From Felis catus (taxonomy: Eukaryota), in NCBI RefSeq assembly GCF_018350175.1, contig NC_058368.1:169510001-169574000 (forward strand): a stretch of DNA of 64,000 nucleotides. Reading direction: 5' to 3'. A program made the position numbers and the translations under genes. Position 1 is the first letter of the stretch, and every line of letters starts with the position of its first letter. Positions 25,268-39,055 of this stretch are shown one piece after another. The notes below the pieces were generated by a model that saw only the letters and a program-made list of their open reading frames with translations, did not search any database and was not told the DNA's origin.

Positions 25268-25764
25268 AGCATAATACACTTTTTAATGAGTTGCTCCATT
25301 GTTCTTTTCTTAATACTATTCTTGTTTTCTCTTTTTCTTTCATAGGGCTGAGATGCTTCTGTTTAGGAAGCATATGTTACTGTGTAGAAGATTAGAAAGC
25401 TGATGATAGGCCACATGCTATGTCATGAGAATTCAAGTTTATTAAGTAAACTTAAATAGTATCAAATAGATAAACTTAAATAAAATATCAAGTATATTCA
25501 AGATATTTACAACTGACTCTCTACCAAAGTATGAACTCTGTGCATGGGGTCTGTGTTTAAATCATCTCCTTAATCTCCTCGAAGACAAAGCTCATATACG
25601 AACACTTGATTGGGAGATGGCATATGTATGTGGGTATTTTATCCCTAAATACATCTTCCTAGCGAATGTTCTTATGGTCTACAAAAGGATCTACCCCCTG
25701 ATTCTTCAGAATTAAGTCCTGATTTTAGTATTTTACCCATTTCCTCCTTTGTCCACTAGGGCAA

Positions 25765-27560
25765 TTTTTAAAGTAATTAAAAATTGAAATATCACATACA
25801 TAGGAGATATGCACAAATCCATATGTGTACAGAGAATTTCTTCAAATTAAAAAAATACCATGCAATCACCATCCAGTTTAAGACATAGAACATTTATAGC
25901 ATCCAGAAGAGTCCCTTAAGTCCCCTTCAAATCATTGCCAACTCTTAACAAAAGTAAGCTTATTTTCCCTTCTGTCATCATGATTAGTGTTGTTTCTTTT
26001 TAAATTTCACAAGAAGGGGATCTTAAGTATCTGTTATTTTGTGTCTGGATTTCCTTGCTCCAAGTTGTGTTTGCCACATTCATCCATATTGTTGCATGTA
26101 GCAGCATATTCATTTTTAATGCCGTATAATATCTCTAGTATCCATATGATACAATTTGTCCATTGTATTGTTGATGGATATTCGGGTTGTTTTCCAATTT
26201 TTGTCTATTATAAATAAAGCCGTTTTGAATGTTTTGTGCATGCTTTGATATACATAAGTGTGAGTTTATGTGGGTATAAAGTGGGATGGAAATTTTTGGT
26301 CATTGAGTATGCACATGTTGAGCCTCAGTAGATATTGCCAAACAGTATTCCAAAATAGATTGCATTAATTGTTGCATTTTATGACAATTTCAGTTGCTTT
26401 ACTTCCTTACTCAGACTTTGTATAGTTATGATTGTTTTTCATTTTTTATATTTTATGATAGATGTGATTGTTTTATTTTGTATTTCCCTGGTAGTTATGA
26501 GGTTGAACCTCTTTTCATAAGTTTGTTGCCATTTAGGTACCTTCTTGTGAAGTGCCTATTTAAAACTTTTGATGACTTTTCCTTAAATTGGGTTATCTGT
26601 CTTTTTGTACCATTTATAGTTCTTATTTATGTTTTCCTTTGAGTCTTTTTTTTTTTCAGATAAAAGTTTTGCAAATATTGTCTCCCACTATGTAAGCCTA
26701 TTTTTTTTCTTAATACTGTCTTTTGATAAACAGAAATCCTTCATTTTAATTAAATATAATATAGTATTTTCCTTTATGATAAGTGCTTGTTGTGTCCTAC
26801 TTAAAAAATTTTTGTTTATACCTCATAGTCATGAAAATACATTTCTTATGAAGTTGTCCTCCAGAAGCTTATTGCTTTACCTTTTTTTTTTTTTTAATTT
26901 TTTTTTTTCCAGCGTTTTTATTTATTTTTGGGACAGAGAGAGACAGAGCATGAACGGGGGAGGGGCAGAGAGAGGGAGACACAGAATCGGAAACAGGTTC
27001 CAGGCTCCGAGCCATCAGCCCAGAGCCCGACGCAGGGCTCGAACTCACGGACCGTGAGATCGTGACCTGGCTGAAGTCGGACGCTTAACCGACTGCACCA
27101 CCCAGGCGCCCCAACTTATTGCTTTACCTTCAACATTTAGGTCTGTAATGTATTTGCAATTGATTTTTTATGAATTTTATGAAGGTAGGGATCAAAGGGC
27201 ATTTTTGCCCATATGGATATCTACCACTATTTATTGAAAAGACCAGTTTGCCACTACACTGTAGCATCATCTTTGTCATTCATTATGCATGAAACTATAT
27301 TTGTGTGGATCTTGTGTAGACTGTATTCAATTTTGTCTGTTTGACTCATCTCATACTGTCTTAATTACTGTAGTTTTAGAATAGATCTTCATGTCTGATA
27401 GCATAAGTCTTCTTTCTTCTGCCCCCCCCCCCCAAAAAAAAAAGTTGGGATTTTGATTGGCATTGCTTTGAACCTATGGATCAATTTGAATATTGATCCA
27501 TATTAGGCCATCCATGAACATCGTATAGTCCATGTATAAAAAATGTAATTGACTTTTGCA
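25765..27560 (-). mobile_element. Old L1 (L1ME/MD-like) 3' region, interrupted by a SINE
   Basis: aaaattgaaatatcacatacatag, ttgatggatattcgggttgttttcc, ccatttaggtaccttcttgtgaagtgcctatt and ctatttattgaaaagacc motifs. Confidence 0.75.
26884..27112 (-). mobile_element. Young SINEC_Fc
   Basis: CpG-rich antisense copy ending acccaggcgcccc. TSD cttattgctttacctt. Confidence 0.96.
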
Positions 27561-28638
27561 TTCTAACCTTGTACACAGTAACCCTCCTGCATTTCCTTTC
27601 CTTCCAGAATTTGTGCATTCAAGTGTTGGCTGCTTTGATTGCCCTTAGATACCTTTCAAACAAAAGTGGGTTGTTGTTTTTTTTCGGTGTTTTTTCTCTG
27701 TGATTTATCTAGTTATGTCTCGTCTCTGTAGGGTATTTGAAGTTATTTTGTGTAAGCTGGAAGCTTACGTTTATTATTTTCTTTTAGTGAAAGGAAAAAC
27801 AAAAGTAAGTAATTGAATATAGATGGCTAAAAAACAGACCTTGAACTAGCCAAGACAGTCAGTTTGCTATTGATCATCACTTCTTTTACAGTTTATGTAA
27901 GTTTTCCTGTATGTTGTCCAGATAGAGGAGTTTGAGGATCTTTAATATTAAAGTTATGTTTAAGATATTATTTATTGCCTTTTAATGTAAAAAATATTTA
28001 ACTATTTTTTTAGTTATTTGTTTAGGAATCCCAAATATGTACTTTATTTGAGCTACCAAAAGGTTCTGTAAAAAAATTTAGTCTTAAATAATTTCTTTTG
28101 AAACCTCAGCATGAAGGATTACGTTTCAGTCTTTTGAGACTGATTTAAGTTTGTGAGAAAGCCCACCAGGCCACTTACATAAACTTTGCCCTGGGAATTT
28201 GCCAGGAAAGAAGTATATTCATCTTGGCTAATACCAAAATTTAATTAAAATATTTTAAAATATTTAAAATCATCTATTTTGCTGTCATAAAATACTGTGT
28301 CACAATTATATTCTGATAACTTATATTTGTCTTACTAATATCATTGTGTTTCCAGTTGAAATTTGCCTTGGCAAAAGAAGAATAATAGCTAAAACTTACA
28401 CCATTATTTGCCAGTTGTATTTCTAAGCATTTTACTTAGACCCTATTATCTGTAACAAAGACACAGAGACAGTATATAATATGCTCAAAACCACATGTTA
28501 GGTAAGTGGTAGAGATGAAATTTAATTCCATTCCACCTGGATCCAGGTTCTATGCTGTTCTTAACCACTCTACTAGAATGCTACTCACTGTTGTTAACTA
28601 CTCTTATTTTTCTGCCACATTGAATCAAAATGGTTTTA

Positions 28639-28639
28639 G

Positions 28640-28702
<63 letters not shown>
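28639..28702. repeat. (CT)n(GT)n dinucleotide microsatellite
   Basis: Perfect tctctc... followed by a run of more than 20 gt units. Confidence 0.97.
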
Positions 28703-28704
<2 letters not shown>

Positions 28705-29017
28705 GGTAGGAAACAACAAAATTAGTATGTTACTGTTACTCAAAGAAATACATTCCCTGTTAAAATCTCTGTTTATTTCTAAAAACCATGCCTTTTAATA
28801 TCTGTTTACATAGTCTGGTATAATGTTTCTTTTTTCCTTTGATTTATAGAATAGCTTGGGCTCATAAAAATGGATTTATGTTCTGGTAATTTAAATCATT
28901 AGTCAGAAGACCTTTTCGTTTGAGCAGTCAACCTTTCAATTCTTGTCACTCTCTGTGTTTTACTTCTATTCAGTGTTACCTGCTGGTAGAGAAAGTCGCT
29001 TTTTTGTTTTGTTTATT

Positions 29018-29221
29018 GTTTTTTAACGTTTATTTATTTTTGAGACAGAGACAGAGCATGAACGGGGAGGGGCAGAGAGAGAGGGAGACACAGAATCTGA
29101 AACAGGCTCCAGGCTCTGAGCGGTCAGCACAGAGCCTGACGTGGGGCTCGAACTCACGACCGTGAGATCATGACCTGAGCCAAAGTCGGACGCCCAACTG
29201 ACCAAGCCACCCAGGCGCCCC
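29018..29221 (-). mobile_element. SINEC_Fc-like SINE
   Basis: Antisense full-length copy. TSD tgttttgtttatt. Confidence 0.95.
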
Positions 29222-29778
29222 TGTTTTGTTTATTTTTAATGATCTGCTGTTCTTGAAGTCTCCCTTATAAGAGCTCAAACTAGGGAGGTGGGGAGGCCAG
29301 GAGAGTGTATGTGCATAAGACCTATGAAAATGCTTAACAAAACTGTTATTCCAGACTTCTGGAACATTTTGCTCAAAATGTTATAGCTAAATATATGTAA
29401 ATGAAGTGTTTTATTTTTTCTGCTTCCTCCCAGCGTTCATTCATCTCTGAATAATTCTATGCCATGACCCCTGCATATTTTGAAATTCTGGAGATTTGTA
29501 AGGAGTTAATCAGATTCCCAAATTTGTATATCTAAATAGCTCTTCTAACCCCTTAGGTATATCAGTTTTATTTTAATTTAATTTGGGACTTGATGCAAGT
29601 AAAAGAAAGTGTCACTGTGTATTTCCCCCCTGCTTTTGAGTTTGGTAAAATCTGAGCTAGATTTTCATCTTAACGTGGAAGCACATCTTAAATATTTGTT
29701 ATTAACTTCTCCTTTCAGTGCTAGATGTAATTTTAAGGTAGAGATGAATAATTGAAGTGTAACTTTTTTTTTCATTAG

Positions 29779-29981
29779 ATACAGTTTGGAACTTTATCAG
29801 ATTACTTTGATGCACTGGATAAAGAAGATGTAACCAGTGGAAAGAATAGCCAATCAATGTTCCCTGTTCTAAGTGGAGATTTTTTCACTTATGCTGACCG
29901 AGATGATCATTACTGGAGTGGCTACTTTACATCCAGACCCTTTTACAAGCGAATGGATAGGATATTGGAATCCCATTTAAG
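29779..29981 (+). CDS. MAN2A1: MAN2A1 coding exon (probably exon 9), 203 nt
   Basis: Acceptor tttttttttcattag| and donor |gtacat. Translates [67 protein letters not shown](R), with the GDFFTYAD and [12 protein letters not shown]38 motifs. Phase 0-2. Confidence 0.97.
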
Positions 29982-30613
29982 GTACATTTATGTTTAGATA
30001 GCTACATTAATTATTCACCTCTTTTGTATTATCATAGCCTTTTTGTAGAGTCTTGCATAATATACGAAATTTATGCAGTGTTAGGATGTGTTTAATGTAA
30101 TTGCGAAATTTTAATGTAATCAGAGATATGTCTCCAAAGCATAATCAAATTATTACATGGGTTTTTGTTCTGGAAGGAAAAGCAGTTTATGTAATTAGAT
30201 TTTACCCTATATTTTATGTTTTATATGTTTGTAATTAATTACCTGTATTGTTTGCACACCACAATTGTATTCATTGGCATCAGCATGTGTGTCTGAAGAT
30301 TAGTAATCAGAACAAGGGTCAAAAGGAACAAATATGGCCCCTCAGTGGCCAAAATTTGGCCCTAAAGTACATAATCCAAAACTAATGTATTTTATATGTA
30401 GGAGAATTTTAGAGGCTCCATCTCAGTTCTTATTTATTAGAAATATATTTCTTATAGGTATGATTTTCTGCTTAGAAGAACAAAACTTGAAAGAGATGAG
30501 AACTGATGGAGGCAGAGTGATAGGCTGAAAAAGTACAGTGACATGGAAAAGGCAGAAAAGTTGGTAGAAAATAAAAACGTTCTAAACCATCATTATCCAG
30601 GAGAGCTTTTCAT

Positions 30614-30822
30614 CAGTGTCCAGTAGAACTTTCTGCAGTGATAGAAATATTCTGTCTCTCTTTTCTGCACTGTTTAGTATGTAGCCGCTAGCCACGTGTA
30701 ACTGTTGAGCACTTGAAATGTGACCAGTGTGGCTAAGGAAATGAACTCTTAATTTCATTTAATTTTAACTAATTTAAGTGTAAATAACCACATGTGGCTA
30801 GCAGCTGTCATAGTGAGGAGTG
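30614..30822. mobile_element. MER3-like hAT-Charlie DNA transposon (MITE)
   Basis: tgtccagtagaactttctgcagtgatagaaat...ctagccacgtgtaactgttgagcacttgaaatgtg...ccacatgtggctag follows the MER3 consensus as I recall it. Confidence 0.85.
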
Positions 30823-32767
30823 TGACAGTGTAAGTAACTGAGTCTTGGTGTTTTTTGGTAAAGATTAACCACCCCAGCAACTCATGAGGCTCTTTCTATG
30901 TGTATGTAGCTCAGGAGGTTAATTTATTTTCCTGCTAAGTTCACTTTCAACTTCGTTCAGATCATGAATTCATGATGATTAATTTTCATGATGAATCTCA
31001 GTATTAAAAAGTAATGTCACACCTACTTTCTTCTATATACTGGTAGAAACAGTACATTTTGGAAAGCCTTTTTATAAAAATCATGAATTTCTTCAAGCAT
31101 TGTACTTTGGTATAACAGTATGTTTTTTTTTATTTTTACTGTTACCATAAGTGTCATTACCATTATTTCAAAAACCTGATCTTTGACTATTTTCTGGGAT
31201 ACTCACAAATGTGCAAAAAGAATACATATTATTGTATTTGTAATAAAATAGTATTTCTATATTAGAGAAATTTATGCATTTCTACCCAATAGAATATAAT
31301 TATCTATTATGTTATTCTAAACTATCCATGATAAAAACAGAGAAAGTACTAAGTAATATAGAGATTTCTTTTGGACCACTGCATTTTTTGAAAATGTCAC
31401 CTATTTTTTAGTGACAATTACGAAATGTGGTTTCAATCTTAATTTATTGAGCATACTTAAAATGGAAGTACTTAGGGCTGGTAATATATTTTGAAAATTC
31501 TGCTTTAAAATAAAACAACAAAAAACCATTTAATTGTGAATTTCAAAACGTAATTATTTGAAAATAAGTTTATTGTGTGATAATAAATACTTCATCTTAT
31601 AGCTTATTTGTAAAAAAAAATACTTGGATAAAATAGAAGAGTATAAAGAAGAAAATAATTTTTAAATCCCATTTTTACATTTTGGAATATCCTTATATGT
31701 GTGTATTCTTTTCAAAACCAGGAGTATGTGCTGTGGATATATATGAACATATATACAGTTTCTTTCACTCAAATTTAGTGTTTCTCATGCCATGAATTTT
31801 AGAAGGGTTAGAATTTAAAAGTGGAGATTATTTAGTAACCTTTAATTATTGCAAAATTTAAAGGAATTCTTTTTTTTAAGTACTTCACATTTCTTTTTCC
31901 CTATATCTTTATGCATTTATATATTGCCTTGATTCTCTCCATTATCCTTAATATGTTTGGCATAAAGAGCCTTATTACATTTTTTACTTCATCAAGCCAT
32001 ATCTCCTTTCAAAGAACTTCTTTTGAAGCCTATCTTGAACCATATCCTCTGATGATGAAATAATAAAAAAGTGTTAAAATGATAAATCCCCATATTCTTG
32101 CTCAAAAACTATTCTTAAGCTGAAGTGCTTTTTTTTTAAATAAATGAGAAAAGACAGCATATGTTTTATCATCTTTCAGTTTATATTGTTGAATTCAACA
32201 CTTACATTGTTATCATTCAACACTTAGACTAGCTATTGTCACTGAGCTGTCAAGCCATCATTTTTCTGCGTCTGCTTTACTGTTACTTTCCCACCCATGT
32301 GACCATGTATCTCCACACCATCTCTCCTTTAATGTACATATGTGAGAGTAAATGGCTTTCTGGTGATGAAGTTCATCTTTTGTGTCTGTGTTGATCTTGG
32401 AGATAGAAAGGACAGAAACCATTAACCACTTCTTACTGCTGTGTTGAGATAGGTTTAACTTACGTAGAACATAGTGAAAAAATATCACACTGCCAGTGGG
32501 TACTGGCTTCTTTCCAGGAACGTCTAGAACAAGGGCCCTTTATATCAATTTAGACGTGATGTTCTCTGATGATCAATGCTTTAGATTTATTAGATGGATA
32601 CCTTGATGGTCTTATAGAAATCTTTATTATCAGTATCTTTTTTTAATAAATAGCACTGAAATTGTGGGTTTTTGAAAAACCACATTTGAAAATGTATCAG
32701 TACCACATGTTTTAAATAGTCAATATTTGTTTTGAAATAAAAGTTAATGACTGTTTTATGCAACTAG

Positions 32768-32950
32768 GGCTGCTGAAATTCTTTACTATTTCGCCCTGAA
32801 ACAAGCTCAGAAATACAAGATAAGTAAATTTCTTTCATCATCCCATTACACGGCACTGACAGAAGCCAGAAGAAATTTGGGACTATTTCAACATCATGAT
32901 GCTATCACAGGAACTGCAAAAGATTGGGTGGTTGTGGATTATGGTACCAG
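32768..32950 (+). CDS. MAN2A1: MAN2A1 coding exon (probably exon 10), 183 nt, carries the Zn-binding HHD motif
   Basis: Acceptor tgttttatgcaactag| and donor |gtaata. Translates [60 protein letters not shown](R). Phase 2-2. Confidence 0.97.
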
Positions 32951-35900
32951 GTAATATAATTATTTAAAAAGTGATTATAAAACAGTCTTTAAAAATTTTG
33001 GGTCACAGGCTTATATCTTTGATGAAGTTGCTAATGTACATGAGACCATATTACTAATGACATGCATTATAAGTATTGCTATAGAAAAACATCAGTTTTC
33101 AAAGAATTTTTGAAGAAACCTGTTGATGTTATACTAGCTGTTCTAACTTTTTATTGCAGTGCATTTCTGCAAATGGAGTACTGACACATTGTGTTTTTTC
33201 TTACATATTGTGTGGTAATTGGGGTTACCTTCCTGACCAAGGATTTGGTATCAAATGGATCATAGCTATAATTCAGGGAGATAAAGAGCCACACTTCATT
33301 GTATAGCAGCTTCATTTCCTGTTTCATATCCGGTTGTTCTCAGATACTTCATTGTTTTTTAGAGGGACATTGACCAAAAAAATCAGCCTAGAAGATACCC
33401 AGCAAGTAGAAGAGCCTTGCAACCTTGATATATATGGATGGATGATATAAGGACTTGAGATGAGAGGGGATGGCCTGGGTATTGATATCAAAGCCATCTT
33501 CAGCTCTCTGAAAGTTTATGAAGATGAGTGAGGGAGTAGAAGCTCAGGTGTTTTCACAGTGCAGAATTGGAAACAGTGAGTACAGGTTTTAGCTCAGAAC
33601 AGCAGGGGACTTTGTAAAATAGTGCTTCCTAATAATGGAAAGGCTTACCTTTTAGGATAGATTTTCACCATCATGCCCAAGTTTAGATTACCATTCATTA
33701 GGATCAGTGTAGAGAAGATTCCTATGTTGGGGAAGGAGTTTTGACTATTGTTTCACTATGATTTAGATTATTTTTTCTTCAAGATTTTTTCCTATCAATA
33801 ATGGTGTGCTTTGATAATATTTTAAAATTGTTAAAATATGCTCTTATTTTCTTATAATATAGATTTAAAAGGTGACTCTTTTTGAAATAAATGCTCCCAT
33901 ATGTGAAGTGTATACAGCACATAAAGTCAACATTAAAAATTGATCCACAACTGATATTACTAATCGTAATAAGTGTTAATTAAGATTTTAGTTAAAATAT
34001 TTTGATTCTTTGGGGGGAAAAATCTTGAGGTTTCATTAGTTGACTTCAGTCCTTGAGAATATATTCAAGGTAATATCTTGATATAGTCTCAGTTTTCTTG
34101 TGGCAAATATATTTGGCATCCGTTGAGGTTGAGCTGGGCTTAAAGTGGGAAACACTCAATGGATGGTGATACTGGTTTTTCGCTCACAGAAGTCATTTTT
34201 GAAAGTAAGGTCAGATCCTCAAAAACTTAAAAACCATTTGCAGGCAAAGCAGATGGCCTTGGAATTGGTCCATGATAATAGTTCAGTCATGGGATCAGAC
34301 GGACTAACTTGCTTTTTAGGGTCTGCACCACCCTCTCCATCCACTGTTCCCCCAGATCATGGGTGATTCACTCTCCTTCCCTGCCCTCACAACCCCCATC
34401 CTATGAGGCATTTAGAGGTTATTGAATCTGGTTTCCCTGCAAAACAAATACATTTATTATTATAAGTGAATATTTTCTAAAATAAAATTTCTGAAGAAAT
34501 GTTTTTCATTGGAAAATATTTTACTAATATACTGAGAGTACTATGAAATTAGTCCTTGTTTTGTTAGAAACAAGTATTCGTTTTGAATATAGGTTGTGGC
34601 TACATGTTGATCTAAGAGCATAAGTAAAAGAAAAAGGTTGTTATTTATATAATGAAATACTAATACTAACACAAAGAAAGGATAAAGACACACTTAATAT
34701 ATGGATTCAAAAATCTCTGTGAGATGTATTGTAAAACAAAACAAAAGCAAAACAAAAGTTGCAAAAACAGTGTGTATAACAATAAACTATTAAAAAAAAA
34801 AATAAAAGTAAGGTCCGATCCTCCATTTTTTCCTTTTCACCTGCTCCTGCCTTCTTGGTTTATTGAGAGTTTAGAAGTGAAGGTTCTTAGATTCAGAGCA
34901 GAGTTTCTAAGAGGAAATAAAAAGTCATTCTCCTGCACTGTATACCTGCTCTCTCTGGCTGCCATATTGAAAGAGACTTGGGTACAGGTCATAGAGTTTT
35001 TGCTTCAGGACATTTTCTGTCTCGTAACCTTTCCAGAAGTCCTGTCATTATTTCTTCCATATGTTTGGTTATGCTTTTAGAGTATAAAAACATGCCGTGC
35101 AAAATTGCATCTTAGAGAAAAAAGACACAATAATTCTCAAATTGTACTTGACATTTGTAAATTTGCCTTGTGAGCACTTCACACTTCATTGAAAAGTCAT
35201 ACACAATTATCAAGTCATTAGCGTAGACATTTTAAGTAGAAAATTTCAAAACACAAGTTAGAGAATTACAAACAAAGAAGCAGCTAGCATTGGGTGTTCT
35301 CTTGTTCTTGGACTGTTGACTGTTTATTCAGATATTGGCAGAAGTGTCCCTGTGAACAAGTGTATGAGTTAAGGATTACATTTGGCTGCTACTAATAACA
35401 ACTTGAAACTGAATAAATTCTGTTCTTTTATGCCGTATGAAAGAACTCTGCAGATCCTTGGTTCAGGTATGGCAGCTCCACAATGCTAACAGGGATCCAG
35501 ACCCTTCTAACTTTCTCTTCTGCCATCTAAGGGTGATTCATACTTACATTACTGCTCTCTCAACAGTAGATGGAATGTTTATAAAATGATAACGTGGAGA
35601 GCAAGAATACCTCATGGCTATTTGAAGGTTAATTCTAATCATGGCATGAAAAAATGAGTTAGACTGGGACACTTTGTGATGAATGTTCAGCTTAAAAGTG
35701 GATAATGTGGCTATGTAAAAGAGAAGAAATGGTAATGAGGTCAGCTACACAAAGATTTAAAATTCTGCCAGTTTATACCTTGTAATTAAGGTAGGTAGAA
35801 AAAAATGAACAAAGGGTGAGTATGAGAGTCCAAACATATAGATCAAACTATTCATTGAAACAAACATGATAATACCAGCTTTAAACAGCAGTAATGTTAA

Positions 35901-37581
35901 CAAAGGAGAAAACTGATTTCTAAGTGATGTTCTCTGAACTGTTTGATAATAATAGGATAAGGGCATGTTAGCAAATTAGAGGCTCTGAGAAATCCCACAA
36001 TGCTGAAGTGGTGAAACATTAAAATTTTGCTTTACCCAGTGTTTCCCAAACTTATTTCCCGTGTGTAGTCTTGTTTTGCCTTAAACAAAACAGCTTTATA
36101 CATCCTGAGAAAGCTTTGGGGAATACTGTATCAGTACTTAGTGCTTATCTCATTAGAAAACTGTGTGTGTGCCTTTAGGATACAAACATTGATTTGTGGC
36201 ATTCCCTCAGTTTAATTAGGACTCTTCAGTGTGCTGTAATACATATAAGGTTTTAGCTGATGGAAAACAGGACTTTTATTCTGCAGGTTCAGACAGCCTA
36301 ATAAAGATAGCTATGTAGATAATAAAAATAAACTTAGATCGAGGGGCTTGTTTCTAGAACTGAGTTGTAGCCATTCATATTGTCTCTTAATCTGGAGAGA
36401 ACACTTGTTATCATCTAGGAAAACATTTGAATAGACTGAGAAGCTTAGCTGGTTGATGGCCTGAACTCATGTCCTTAAGACTTTAATACTGTGTATGTAT
36501 AACACATTTACCTAGTTAATTAACTTACGATTATGATCACTTACATCTTTGAAGGTAATCTCAATGCTCTGCAAAAAGAAGTTATTTCTGATTCTCTTAC
36601 AATTTTTTTTGATGTTGCATGCCAGCAAAAATGTTCCTAATGTATAGATGCAAAATTGCTTCCTATGTTGGGGAAAATGATATAATCACTCTAAAACATA
36701 CTAGACTCCGTGGTTGATTAAAGCATGAGTCACCAAGTTTCTCTACAGATTTCTCCAGTGAGTTTACTTAGAGATAACTGTTCTATAAACAGGGATACTT
36801 GTTCTTTAAAGAAACAAGACTGAGCTTGAGAAAAACTTCAAACAAATTCTTTTCCTATGTGTAGTGTTTCAGCAATAGCTGGTAATGTCCTAAGATTATA
36901 TTCTGGAATTGATCTTGAATCAGTTGACTGGTATGCATCTCTTTGGTTCCTCTAACGTAAAAATACAGTTTGAATACAGTTAGCAATTTTAATGACCAAG
37001 AAAATTTAACAGGGACAAAGACAATTTCATTAGCCAGACTTGTGAAAACTTTCTCTTTTTTTTGAACAAGAATTTGAATTTTTTGAAGTGTGTATACTGA
37101 TTGAATTTTGTGAGCAAGAGTTAAACTCATGTCTTCTCTTGCTATTTCAATGCTTGCTAAAGAATTTTCTAAAGTATCAAAGTGCTTTTTTGGTAAGAAC
37201 GCCTTAAAGCTGTTGGAGTGATCATGCAGGGTGTTATTATTTGACATGATATTCATAGAATGTATCAGCAGGTAAAAAAAAAAAAAAGAAAGAAAAAAGA
37301 AGAATCATTTTGAATAAGTTTATGTGTTTCAGGTATGTCCAGAAAGTTTTCTACTTTAAATGAATCCTTATTAGTGGTATCTTGTGATTAACCCCCCTCC
37401 TTTTTTTCTAAGTACTTAATTGTGGGCAAAAAAATATCAATTCTTTATAGGTTCATTATAGGTTGCACTTTGTGAAGACAGGATGAGTGTAATGGTGGTT
37501 TGGCCATTATTAAAGAAACTGAAAATATTGTATACAGATATTTGAATTACTTCTCAGACCAGTAACATTTTTGGTTCACAG

Positions 37582-37696
37582 ACTCTTTCATTCCTTAATG
37601 AATTTGAAGAAGATAATCGGATATTCTGCACTACTTCTTATTTTGAAGGACAAAAACTCGTACAACTCTTACTCTTTTGATAACCTCCTAGACATG
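37582..37696 (+). CDS. MAN2A1: MAN2A1 coding exon (probably exon 11), 115 nt
   Basis: Acceptor tttttggttcacag| and donor |gttagt. Translates LFHSLMNLKKIIGYSALLLILKDKNSYNSYSFDNLLDM. Phase 2-0, continues the frame. Confidence 0.93.
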
Positions 37697-38987
37697 GTTA
37701 GTTGATATCTTTTATATTTATCATAAAAGTGTGTGATTCTTTTATTCTTAATTTGGAAAGGGGGATGAGAAGCTTAGTGAAAAGAGACATTAAAAATTGT
37801 GATTTCCTTGTACTTAGAATTTATATCATTTTATATGAAATATCTGTGTGTGCTTCTTTCCTATCAGTGTGTCTGTATTTGGTTTATGGTGTATATTTTG
37901 TTCTGACTAAATCTAAGCATGAAAAATAAAATAATGAACTTACTTTGTTATGTGAAACATAACAGGCTTCCAAAACACTCTTAAGTGTGTTGATGATAAT
38001 GTATTGTAAGATGATATGGTGAGATAACTGGGCATCATAATTAGTTATTTTTGCTTGGCTTAAATTAGAAGCCCCTTGGTGTTTGCACTGCTGCTGTAAA
38101 TCCTTAATCTGTTCTTGCTGAACTTCAGTTTGAATGATCCTAAATTGTCTTCTGGTTTTAGGATCAGGCCATGGAGTGCTGTGGGCAGTGCTCAGATGTG
38201 TGTAACAGAGAGGAGTGGTTGAGGAATTAGGAGACTAGCTTTCAGCCTCAACCTCTGAACCTGATGGCATGGGCCTTGAAAAAGTGCTTAACATCTATGA
38301 GCCCTGTAAGATGAGACGATACCAGACATAGCTTATACTGTTGTTAGGATCAGATGAGCCAATAAAACAGAACATACTCTGAAAGGAAGAATATGCTATT
38401 CCACAGCAAAGAACAGTTGAAAAAAATGGTTGGTTGCAGACCTCTTGAGACTTCCACTTGGCGACTCAGATATTTTAAAATTGCAATTCTTTTTTTATCA
38501 TTAGAGTCTATTATGAATGATAGGCTTTGAAATTTTGCATGTAATTGGAACTTACACATCTGGAATCAGAGATAATTTCAGTATTTTCATATACTGATGC
38601 TTGTAATCAAATTATGGTTTCATATTTTCATATTAAGGTAAAAAATCCAACAAATGGGCAAACATTGCATAGGATATGAATGAAACCTGTGATACAGAGG
38701 TAAAGTAGTAAAACTTTTTGCACAGTTATCTTTAGGACTCTGATTTGGTTCCTGATTGGAGTCTGGTCCCTGTGACATATGCCGTCCTGAGATCTAAATG
38801 CACACACACATGTATGCACACACACAAGAATTACTTATTTTGAACTTTGATGGACTTTGTGTAGCTGGAAAGAGGATTTTTTCCCCATTTTACCCTTTTT
38901 AGGATTCTTGTAAGTACTATTATATAGCTAATTTTGAAACTTGAGTTTTAAAATTAAAATTAAAAAAAATTTTGCTTATTTTTATAG

Positions 38988-39055
38988 GATTTGAAACAAA
39001 GCTCACAAAGTTCTCTACCACAAAAAACTGTAATAACGCTGAGTGCAGATCCAAG
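38988..39055 (+). CDS. MAN2A1: MAN2A1 coding exon (probably exon 12), 68 nt
   Basis: Acceptor ttttgcttatttttatag| and donor |gtaaat. Translates DLKQSSQSSLPQKTVITLSADP(R). Phase 0-2. The next canonical exon was not found in the window, so intron 12 appears to run past 64000. Confidence 0.92.

Larger units (their letters stand above)
24811..25360 (+). repeat. Local duplicate of 23399-23619 (intron 7 3' end, exon-8 acceptor and first 15 exon nt), interrupted by two insertions
   Basis: ggtttttctctgtgataagaatttatgaatattttaa is present at both 23399 and 24811. Colinear similarity continues to tagggctgagatgcttct at both 23602-23619 and 25343-25360. Confidence 0.93.
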
